Shown here in pieces: positions 1-7,368 of a stretch of 41,852 nucleotides of DNA; within the stretch, counting starts at the first letter, position 1; each line of letters starts with the position of its first letter. Both the position numbers and the translations under genes were made by a program. Source of the DNA: a virus (lineage: Duplodnaviria; Caudoviricetes); IMG/VR virus record IMGVR_UViG_3300038829_000142, positions 1 to 41,852 of that record; one strand, written 5' to 3'. Below the pieces are notes generated by a model. That model saw nothing but the letters and a program-made list of their open reading frames with translations. It did not search any database and had not been told where the DNA came from.

Positions 1-159
1 AGGTAAGGTCCTGTGCCCTGAGTGCCTGGCTGAGGTGCAGCAGTTCCTAGTGCACATGGAGTAGCTGATGTGGGGCATGATCTTCTTGGGGGTGTTGGAG
101 GTCTACGGGATGGTGAGTCCCATTGTGGGCACTGTGCTCCTGTGCCGATGGTTTGGGGT
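1..159. repeat. Terminal direct repeat, left copy (identical to 41694-41852 except position 119 C vs 41812 G)
   Basis: Direct base comparison of both ends; ORFs read through the junction. Confidence 0.97.
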
Positions 160-265
160 ACCTGAGGTGGGTGCGATTCTGATGGCACTGGCTGCAGGAT
201 TTTTCTTTGAGCTCGTCAAGATGCGAGCACACGAGGCTGCGTACAACTATGAAGAGCGTCAATAG
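68..265 (+). CDS. Small membrane protein (2 or more hydrophobic segments)
   Basis: 65-aa hydrophobic ORF packed between flanking + strand genes. Confidence 0.7.
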   Translation: MWGMIFLGVLEVYGMVSPIVGTVLLCRWFGVPEVGAILMALAAGFFFELVKMRAHEAAYNYEERQ

Positions 266-268
266 TTT

Positions 269-616
269 GTGGGTAGAAAGAGTCGAACCAAAGGCCACAG
301 CTTCGAAAGGGAAGTTGCCCGTCTATTCCGAACCATCTGGCCCGATGCCAAGCGAGGGTACCAATCCAGGGATGGGGGCAAAGCGGCAGCGGATGTCGAA
401 GGCACTCCGTGGCACATCGAGTGCAAACGCTATCGGAAAATCACTTCTCGGATTATACGAGATGCTTTTGACCAGGTGCGGGACAGTGGTGACAGCCGCC
501 CGCCGTTGGTTGTCGTGAAGGAAGACCGCAGCACCATTTTTGTGTACACCGACCCTCAGGTTAGCTACACCGTCACCGATTTTCTTTGCGACTCTTACAT
601 GGGGCACCTCGGATGA
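269..616 (+). CDS. Holliday junction resolvase, PD-(D/E)XK (Hjc-like phage type)
   Basis: SRTKGxxFEREVA, AD, HIECK motifs; PLVVVK strand. Confidence 0.85.
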   Translation: MGRKSRTKGHSFEREVARLFRTIWPDAKRGYQSRDGGKAAADVEGTPWHIECKRYRKITSRIIRDAFDQVRDSGDSRPPLVVVKEDRSTIFVYTDPQVSYTVTDFLCDSYMGHLG

Positions 617-837
617 GTTGGATTGACAAGCTCTACGAGCTAAAGGACTGTGAGAATTACCTAGACTGGGACGAAGACCTGGCCGAGATTGCAGCCGGTA
701 TCGTGGATGACATAGCAGAGCTGAAGGCGCAAATCAGAGGCCTCCAGGCCCTATACGATGCGGCTGCGCGCCGGTCCGGAGATAACGCAGTTCGAGCCTT
801 AGTGGCCACGCGGCGGGCAAAGGGCCTCGGAACGTGA
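613..837 (+). CDS. Hypothetical coiled-coil protein
   Basis: ATGA overlap with the upstream gene and GTGA overlap with the downstream gene. Confidence 0.7.
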   Translation: MSWIDKLYELKDCENYLDWDEDLAEIAAGIVDDIAELKAQIRGLQALYDAAARRSGDNAVRALVATRRAKGLGT

Positions 838-1607
838 ACGTACACCGGGTCGCTATAGGCTCGGACATACATTTTGATCAGGAGCACCGCCCTCTCTGGG
901 AGAACTTTTGTAAGTTTCTTGCGGACTATAAGCCTGAAGTAGTCGTGCTCTCCGGGGACATCGTAGACCTGGGGATGATTAGTAAGTACACACAGGGGGG
1001 TAAGGACCCTGTGAACGCGATTGAACAAATCAAAGTCGCGGTGCAGGAAGTAAACCGCCTGGTCAAGCTCTCCGGCCGTGTGGTCCTGATGGAGGGGAAT
1101 CACGATGAACGCTGGGACAAAGCCATTCTCGGAGAGAAAGCTCAGGCACTCTACGGTGCCAAGGGGCTCACGCTACAGGACCAGTTCCTTCAGCAGGGTA
1201 TGCACGCTTCGGTGTCCTGGGTGCACGAAACTGTGCACTGTCCTGGATACATGCTGGGCCGTAGGGCAGCTATTGTGCAGCATGGTCATGTCAAGCCTAT
1301 TGGAGGGAAGACACCTGCGCTAGCGATGCTTGCAGCCATCCCCGGTATCTCGGTTATCCGAGGGCACCTTCATAGGGCACAGATGGCGTGCAGGACCAGC
1401 CTAGGGCGGAATATGTTTGGTTTGGCTATGCCCCACATGAGTACCCATCATGAGTATGCGGGGGGCAATCCTGACTGGCAGGTAGGTTTTTGTACGCTTG
1501 AGTTTTACGGAAGGTCTAGACTTCGTGACTGCACTCGATTCACCCCCAACATCATCATTGCCGATGACAAGGGCCGTTTTAGTGTTGGCGGACGGCTATA
1601 CGGTTAG
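834..1607 (+). CDS. Calcineurin-like metallophosphoesterase
   Basis: DIH, GDIVD, GNHD, HGH and GHLH motifs. Confidence 0.92.
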   Translation: MNVHRVAIGSDIHFDQEHRPLWENFCKFLADYKPEVVVLSGDIVDLGMISKYTQGGKDPVNAIEQIKVAVQEVNRLVKLSGRVVLMEGNHDERWDKAILGEKAQALYGAKGLTLQDQFLQQGMHASVSWVHETVHCPGYMLGRRAAIVQHGHVKPIGGKTPALAMLAAIPGISVIRGHLHRAQMACRTSLGRNMFGLAMPHMSTHHEYAGGNPDWQVGFCTLEFYGRSRLRDCTRFTPNIIIADDKGRFSVGGRLYG

Positions 1608-2418
1608 TTACAAGCATCTGCTCAACCTAACGGCACAGGCCATGCGTTCTGTAGGCATCAAGGGGGAGGCTTCTGAGTATGTGGGTGCAGCCTACTTGTT
1701 TCTTGAGAAGGTGCAGGATGTGCCCTACGTGCACCTGAGGCAGACCTTGAAGTGGCGCTTCATGGACATGCGCTGGCCTAAGCGCAACCGGAGCACTTCT
1801 TTGGTTGAGATTACTTCGGACACCGACCTCATAGAGGCTCATGCCGCGGCCCTTACCGTAGGCGATGACTTTGAGTTGCTCCTCAGCCAGTCCTCAATCA
1901 CCCCAGAGGAAGAGGACCTGCTCCGTAAGGTGTACGTGGAGGGTTGGTATGCGCGGGAGATTGGAGAGGTCAAGGGCCTTTCCGAGGCCCGTGTTTCTCA
2001 GCTTGTGCAGGATGCTAGAGCGCATATCCGCTTTGCATTGGATGGCACCCCGGTACCCGTACGTAAGAAGCGGCCCCGTACCTACCGCCCCCTGAGGCAG
2101 AGAGCCAGTCCCCAACGAGATACCGTGGTGGCTCTATGGATGGCTGGCACCCGTAACTGTGACATTGCACGGCGGCTGAATATCTCCCCTAGCACGGTCA
2201 AAACTCTCGTGGGCAGGTACTGCCAAATCAGGGGTCAGGGGGTTCGAGAGCTACGGGCACCCCTACCCCCAACACCCCCCTCCGCGGGAGAGCTTCTCAC
2301 ACGCCTCGTTGACTCAGGGATGACCTATGCTGCTGTAGCGGAGAAACTAGGTCTAAATCACCATGGGGTGCGTTCCACGGTAAGCCGGCACCGTAGGAGG
2401 ATTGCCTGTGCCGCGTAG
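1582..2418 (+). CDS. Sigma70-family-like (FliA/sigma28-like region 4) protein with two extra C-terminal HTHs; start uncertain (GTG 1582, TTG 1585 or ATG 1642)
   Basis: AREIGEVKGLSEARVSQL resembles sigma region 4.2; further HTHs DIARRLNISPSTVK and AVAEKLGLNHHGVR; degenerate region-2-like N-terminus. Confidence 0.7.
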   Translation: MLADGYTVSYKHLLNLTAQAMRSVGIKGEASEYVGAAYLFLEKVQDVPYVHLRQTLKWRFMDMRWPKRNRSTSLVEITSDTDLIEAHAAALTVGDDFELLLSQSSITPEEEDLLRKVYVEGWYAREIGEVKGLSEARVSQLVQDARAHIRFALDGTPVPVRKKRPRTYRPLRQRASPQRDTVVALWMAGTRNCDIARRLNISPSTVKTLVGRYCQIRGQGVRELRAPLPPTPPSAGELLTRLVDSGMTYAAVAEKLGLNHHGVRSTVSRHRRRIACAA

Positions 2419-3916
2419 GATGGTCATCCTGTTTGGGGACCACTTTGAGCCTCAGGAGATTGCCGAGTACGCGAAGATGTACGACACCGACTGGTGCATC
2501 TTTGACCCCTCTGGTGTGGCCACCTATAACCTGCCCTTCAAGGCCCCTGTGTATGTGCATTTGGGGATCTTGTCCCAGCAGATTATCCACGGAGGAGGGG
2601 TGCAGGATGCCCTTCAGGTGCAGGCCCCGGAGCGCTTCCGCAGAGCCTACCCTGAGGTCTACGGACAGCTCTGTAAGCTAGCCCAAGAGAGCATGGATAC
2701 CCGGGGCATCCGGCACAACACACTGATATTACGCTACCTACCCACGGTAGATAACATCATCCGCAACCTGGATTTGTTGACAAAATATCCCCTCCTCCAG
2801 AAGGGGGGTCAGCTTCTCAAGGGTGTGCCCACGTTTATCGTGGCAGCAGGTCCCTCTCTTGATAAGAATGGGCACCTCTTGAAGGAGTGCTCCAAGCGTG
2901 GGGTCATCTTTGCCGTGCACTCCTCCAACTCGGCTGTGGCCTATCATGGGGCAGAGGTAGACCGGCTGTTCTGCATTGAGGGCATGGACACCTCGGACCT
3001 GGTCAAGGACTCCGCCCATGTCAGGGCTGGGGCTACATGCGTCACAGCGCACCGAGGTAACTTCAAGACCCCCTTTCCCCAGCACACCTTTTGCTCCAGT
3101 AACCCTGCCTTTGGGCACCTGATAAAGCGCCTCGGAGGAGAGGTGTTGCACTACGGTAACTCGGTAGCCACAGCCGCTGCGGAGATGGGTGCAGCCCTCG
3201 GCTCCCCTACCCTTGTCTTCCTGGGGCAGGACCTATCGTACCCAGGTAATCGAGTCTACGCGAAGGGCACAGGGAGAGAACACATCACCACGGTGATTGA
3301 CGGGGACACCATCCTAAGAAGCGATGTGGCGGAGCAGAATGCCCGGTATGAGACTCAGGGGATTCTTGCTCGTGAGGCACCTCGACCTGTGTCCTGGCAG
3401 CCTGCTTGGGGTGGGGCAGGGAAGGTAGCTACCACAGCGGACATGGTCACGTTCCACAGCTGGTACGAAACGTTTACCCTGGCTCGTGGGGACAGACGTA
3501 TTGTAAATGCCACCGAGGGTGGGGTGCACATCAAGGGGATGGAGGAGTCCACGCTGGAGGAGGTGCTGAGTACACTCCCTGAGCTAAAGGGTGCCAAGCG
3601 ACCTCTTGAGGGTCTTGACCTCGCCCCAGTGCCAGAGGCGACCCTGAGCAATGTCAAAGGTGCCATGCAGGTCACTACCAAGCGGGTGAAGGCCCTATGC
3701 CAGCAGGCACTTGCCATGAAGGATGAGAAGCTTGCTCGGGTGCTGCCCCAGATTGATGCCTTGATGGCACGAGAGCCTGTGCTGGTGCAGTTTGCCCTAC
3801 CTGCTACGGCCAAGCTTGAGACAGGTCCTAAGATGAGTGGGCGGAAGGCACAGCGAGCCAAGCTTCTGGCTGTGGTAGAGGCTGCGGACCGTATGCTAAA
3901 AGGTCTCGCCGCATGA
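2408..3916 (+). CDS. Maf (motility-associated factor)/DUF115 family glycosyltransferase, nonulosonate-transferase-like
   Basis: IVAAGPSLDKN, GNSVATAA, VFLGQDLSY and IVNATEGG motifs plus a C-terminal helical domain; AGGAGG at 2395-2400, 7 nt before GTG 2408. Confidence 0.88.
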   Translation: MPRRMVILFGDHFEPQEIAEYAKMYDTDWCIFDPSGVATYNLPFKAPVYVHLGILSQQIIHGGGVQDALQVQAPERFRRAYPEVYGQLCKLAQESMDTRGIRHNTLILRYLPTVDNIIRNLDLLTKYPLLQKGGQLLKGVPTFIVAAGPSLDKNGHLLKECSKRGVIFAVHSSNSAVAYHGAEVDRLFCIEGMDTSDLVKDSAHVRAGATCVTAHRGNFKTPFPQHTFCSSNPAFGHLIKRLGGEVLHYGNSVATAAAEMGAALGSPTLVFLGQDLSYPGNRVYAKGTGREHITTVIDGDTILRSDVAEQNARYETQGILAREAPRPVSWQPAWGGAGKVATTADMVTFHSWYETFTLARGDRRIVNATEGGVHIKGMEESTLEEVLSTLPELKGAKRPLEGLDLAPVPEATLSNVKGAMQVTTKRVKALCQQALAMKDEKLARVLPQIDALMAREPVLVQFALPATAKLETGPKMSGRKAQRAKLLAVVEAADRMLKGLAA

Positions 3917-4431
3917 CCTGCATCGCTGCCAAGATTGCACGGGGCAAGCTCGTGATGGCAGCAGACTCTGCACTGACCGGAGAGGGTGAAGTCATTCCTT
4001 GTGGGGACAAGTTGTGGAGAATTAATGATTTCTTGCTCTTGGGATTTGCGGGTGACTGGGGAAACGTGAGTAAAATCAAGTATTCACTGGCACACACCCA
4101 GCAGTACAAGAACTTCTATCCCGGGGCTCGGGAGGTAGACCGCTGGGTCTATACCAACATCGTGGAGCGCATTCGGAGTCTTTTGACTGACTACAAGAAG
4201 CCTGAGTTTAGCTTGCTTGTGGGTACGAGAGCGGGGCTCTTTGGCACCAATGAGTCCTATGGACTCTTTAGGTATGAGACCTACGGTGCTATTGGGAGTG
4301 GGGCACAGGCTGCGAATGGGGCGATGTTTGCTGACAGTGGGGCAGAACTAGCGGTAAGGGCTGCCATCAAGCACTCGGAGGGTGTTTTGGGGAAGGTTTA
4401 CGCCGAGTCGATTGTTTGTCCGGAGAAATAG
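3913..4431 (+). CDS. Ntn-hydrolase, HslV/proteasome-beta-like protease
   Basis: M-T(1)CIAA start, MAADS, DKL, GFAG and AIGSG motifs. Confidence 0.85.
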   Translation: MTCIAAKIARGKLVMAADSALTGEGEVIPCGDKLWRINDFLLLGFAGDWGNVSKIKYSLAHTQQYKNFYPGAREVDRWVYTNIVERIRSLLTDYKKPEFSLLVGTRAGLFGTNESYGLFRYETYGAIGSGAQAANGAMFADSGAELAVRAAIKHSEGVLGKVYAESIVCPEK

Positions 4432-4455
4432 CCTGGGGATGATATCTTCGAGGCA

Positions 4456-4521
4456 ATGCTGTTCCTAGGTGCTTTTACAGTGGGTGTGGGGATTTTGCTA
4501 TACTACATGGGGGGACTATAA
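4456..4521 (+). CDS. 21-aa hydrophobic peptide, or read-through extension of the upstream protease
   Basis: MLFLGAFTVGVGILLYYMGGL; TAATG overlap with the next gene; same frame as 3913-4431. Confidence 0.4.
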   Translation: MLFLGAFTVGVGILLYYMGGL

Positions 4522-4700
4522 TGGCAGCGTTTTCAGAGCCTTGGCGGGAGTCTTTGTCTCAGGCTGTAGCTACCTGGAAGGGGCGAGGCTTCTCTTCTCA
4601 GGAGATTACCCTGATGATTGAGGGTTGGCTTACGGCAAGGCATGGGATACCCTTTCCTGAAGCGCCGGTGTCACAGGAGGTGCCCCTTGAACTGCCCTGA
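4521..4700 (+). CDS. Hypothetical 59-aa protein (not in ORF track)
   Basis: Hand translation MAAFSEPWRESLSQ...LELP; GGGGGA upstream; fills the operon gap. Confidence 0.65.
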   Translation: MAAFSEPWRESLSQAVATWKGRGFSSQEITLMIEGWLTARHGIPFPEAPVSQEVPLELP

Positions 4701-5568
4701 GTGCGGGATGAAGGATGCCTATCAGGGCATGATGGTGATTGAGTGCTGTGCGCCAGCGTGTAGGCACTACAACAAGGAGCATGCCCAGAAGGTAGCGGAG
4801 GCTTGGGAGAAGGCACGTCCTGACCCTCTTCCGTGGCGTGTGGATGGGCAGACTCGACTGGAGTGGTTTTATTCCTGGCCCCTCAGCGGCCCGCCCATGC
4901 ACGCAACCCTTCTGTTTGATCCTTGGTCTGGATACACGCAGGGTCAGCAGGAGGCTGTGGCGGACTATTTTCTGGCCAGAGGAGAGATAGGCAAATCAGA
5001 GCATGCCAGGGCGCTTGGTAGGTTTGGCGTGGTGCCTAGAGTGAGGGCAAAGGCCACTGCGCGGGAGCTGGGTCGTAAGGTAGCCCCCTTGCCGTCCGGT
5101 CCAGTGGAGCAGCCTCGCTGTGACCTAACTGGGCCAGAGGCCCGTAAAGTAGCTGCCAAGCTCGAAGAATCTCCCGGATACGTTGTACACACTCAGGCGA
5201 CCACGCGAGATAGGGACCTGCCTTTCTGGGCGCGACCTCGATCCCCAGGCCCACTGCATTCACTCCAAACCGCCACAGGTCTCCCCCCACGAGGTCCGCA
5301 GGGCTCTCCAGGTTCGGGTACCTCTCCAGCCACCACTGGGGCATCCTGGCTTGCCGTCCGAGATATACTGAACGATGGTCCGACCCCACATGCCGAGCCA
5401 CTACATCATCCGGTACTACACGGGCAGTACGACCAGTGTCGCCACACACCACCAGGTGCCCGCTGTTTAGCATGCCTGTCCGGCAGTACACCCATAGTGC
5501 GGCATCGAAGGGGGACTCAAAGCGTTTGGGGTTTTGGTGCCATCGCTTCCATAGACCCGCCCCAGTAG
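4687..5568 (+). CDS. Zn-ribbon-led hypothetical protein; 3' part overlaps the endolysin antisense
   Basis: AGGAGG at 4675-4680 then TTG; CPEC...CCAPAC; true C-terminus uncertain. Confidence 0.55.
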   Translation: MNCPECGMKDAYQGMMVIECCAPACRHYNKEHAQKVAEAWEKARPDPLPWRVDGQTRLEWFYSWPLSGPPMHATLLFDPWSGYTQGQQEAVADYFLARGEIGKSEHARALGRFGVVPRVRAKATARELGRKVAPLPSGPVEQPRCDLTGPEARKVAAKLEESPGYVVHTQATTRDRDLPFWARPRSPGPLHSLQTATGLPPRGPQGSPGSGTSPATTGASWLAVRDILNDGPTPHAEPLHHPVLHGQYDQCRHTPPGARCLACLSGSTPIVRHRRGTQSVWGFGAIASIDPPQ

Positions 5569-5686
5569 TGTGCACCACAGCAACGATAGGTTGCCGTTTC
5601 CTAGGCTTTAGGATACCCTTCCGATAGGCATACCCCCAGTCTGTGATGTCTACCAGAGAGCCCAGCGGCTCCCGACTCTCAAACAC
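5036..5686 (-). CDS. Endolysin, N-acetylmuramoyl-L-alanine amidase (Amidase_2 type)
   Basis: VVHTT, SGHLVV, ARHVG, NxxxxGIE, GHSE and YDP motifs; end of late operon. Confidence 0.85.
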   Translation of the reverse strand: MFESREPLGSLVDITDWGYAYRKGILKPRKRQPIVAVVHTTGAGLWKRWHQNPKRFESPFDAALWVYCRTGMLNSGHLVVCGDTGRTARVVPDDVVARHVGSDHRSVYLGRQARMPQWWLERYPNLESPADLVGGDLWRFGVNAVGLGIEVAPRKAGPYLAWSPECVQRIREILRAWQLLYGPLAQLGHSEAAPLDRTARGLPYDPAPAQWPLPSL

Positions 5687-5929
5687 CTACTTGGGTGCCT
5701 TCATGATGAGCGGAAGTGACTCCTGGGTGATGTAGACTGTCCGAGCCTCATCCTTGAACCCAGGGACACTCAGCCTACGAAGTAGCTTCTGCAGCTTCGA
5801 GAGCAAAGCATCATCCATAGGCGTAGGGGTAAGCTTGGTTACGATACTGGCTACCGTGACCAAGCCTCCGAGGATGGTAAGAAGGTCCGTGCCATTGGTA
5901 AGAACCCACTGAACAAGTGCTGCGTCCAT
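5687..5929 (-). CDS. Putative holin-like membrane protein
   Basis: TM segment then LTPTPxDD; abuts the endolysin. Confidence 0.6.
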   Translation of the reverse strand: MDAALVQWVLTNGTDLLTILGGLVTVASIVTKLTPTPMDDALLSKLQKLLRRLSVPGFKDEARTVYITQESLPLIMKAPK

Positions 5930-5961
5930 AAATTTAGTCTCCGTGCTAAATAGTTATTATC

Positions 5962-6696
5962 TTATTGCTTAGCGGCTTCGAGAGCCGTGACTAGAACTCG
6001 AGTGTGCACTGCACCCACGAGGTGACTCTGGAGTTGGCCATTGAACGTGGCCACAAAGCTAACGATCCCAAGCACTTCACCCCAGCGTGTGAATACAGGT
6101 CCACCGGAGTTACCAGGACTGGCATCGGCACTGACCTGAAACCAGTCACCGCCTCCGCGCTCACCATCCCTATCTGGGTGGCTTACAATCCCGGTGGCCA
6201 GGGAGTACATCATCAGCATGGGGTGTCCGATCGTGACGATGGACTGGCCCGCGTACGGGTAGCCCTCAACGAGCGGTGCATTCTGGTAGGTATTGCCTGG
6301 AACAGGGTAGGCTGGCCCCTTGACGAGGACCGCAATGTCATCCTCCTCGTTGCTGTACTTCACCGCGTAGTCGTAGCGATGCGAAAAGCTGCCGCCCTGT
6401 ACAAGCTCGCTGTGGAAACCCACGAGTACCTCGGTCTCATCCTCAATCTCATCCGCAACGCAGTGGTGTGCCGTAAGTACAAAGTCCTCTACCATTACCC
6501 CGGCACACTTCACGGCGTATCGTGTTGTTGTGGGGGAGGTGGGAACGCGGGCAATGATTCCTACCGTGGCATCATACGCCTCTACCAAGCCACTCTCCGG
6601 AGGGAAGGGGTAGGCATTGGCCGGGGGTAGGGGGTCCATGGTGGCACATGCACATGAGGTGAAGAACAATAGGGCTAACGTACAGCTATACTTCAT
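5962..6696 (-). CDS. Trypsin-like (S1) serine protease, probable lipoprotein
   Basis: LTAHHC, DDIAVL and GNSGGP triad motifs; signal peptide ending FTSC. Confidence 0.9.
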   Translation of the reverse strand: MKYSCTLALLFFTSCACATMDPLPPANAYPFPPESGLVEAYDATVGIIARVPTSPTTTRYAVKCAGVMVEDFVLTAHHCVADEIEDETEVLVGFHSELVQGGSFSHRYDYAVKYSNEEDDIAVLVKGPAYPVPGNTYQNAPLVEGYPYAGQSIVTIGHPMLMMYSLATGIVSHPDRDGERGGGDWFQVSADASPGNSGGPVFTRWGEVLGIVSFVATFNGQLQSHLVGAVHTRVLVTALEAAKQ

Positions 6697-6705
6697 GGTT
6701 AGTCT

Positions 6706-6930
6706 TTATTTCTGGCGCATAAGGTGGTCATAAATCTCTTGGGTACGGACCTTGATATCCCGTGTGTCGGACTCGATATTTCTTACTTTCTCTTGTAGGG
6801 TGCTAAACTCAGACTTGTGGACAAACATCTCCCGTGCCCAGTCTTCAAGGGAGGTTCTCCACTTGTAGAGTAGGCCAAGTACAATGGCGATTTGGCCAGC
6901 CAAGAGCGATACAACTATCTCTGGGGTCAC
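6706..6930 (-). CDS. Small TM plus coiled-coil protein, lysis-associated
   Basis: N-terminal TM, heptad-like C-terminus, position at the head of the lysis cassette. Confidence 0.6.
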   Translation of the reverse strand: MTPEIVVSLLAGQIAIVLGLLYKWRTSLEDWAREMFVHKSEFSTLQEKVRNIESDTRDIKVRTQEIYDHLMRQK

Positions 6931-6976
6931 ACAGCCTCACTTGACCAGTCAATGACAACTAGTCATTCACAGGTCA

Positions 6977-7366
6977 TTAGATTCGCGTGATACGCATCAC
7001 TGTGGTGGCCCCCTTGAGGGAGCGGTACTGAATCCAAGTGGCACCGGGCTTCTGGGGCACCACGATGTCCTCGAAGGGATTGGCCTTGACCGTGAGGCGC
7101 CGGGGGATGATGTAGACGGCTGCGGTGTGGTCCGTGGTTGTGGCGGGAGCCGTGGTGCTCACCGTAGTGAACAGGAAGTCCAAGCCTGCGGTGGTGCAGT
7201 TGGAGGTGGCTGTGACCAGCACCCGGACACGCATCCCTGCAAAGAAGGTAAGGGACATTTTCTGCCACCCTGCGGCGGACACAGTGGTGTCTTGGACACC
7301 GTATCCAGGGGCGAAGTTGACTCCCGCGCCACTAGCGGCTACGGGCCTAAAACGACTGTCTGCCAT
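6977..7366 (-). CDS. Small Thr-rich beta-type virion protein (putative)
   Basis: TTAGGAG RBS; 20/129 Thr by hand count; in the late operon. Confidence 0.6.
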   Translation of the reverse strand: MADSRFRPVAASGAGVNFAPGYGVQDTTVSAAGWQKMSLTFFAGMRVRVLVTATSNCTTAGLDFLFTTVSTTAPATTTDHTAAVYIIPRRLTVKANPFEDIVVPQKPGATWIQYRSLKGATTVMRITRI

Positions 7367-7368
7367 GA

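Noticed and set aside
2408-3916. MptE pterin pyrophosphokinase annotation
   Set aside because: Shares DUF115, but the length, GQDL and NATEGG motifs and the flanking domains fit Maf better
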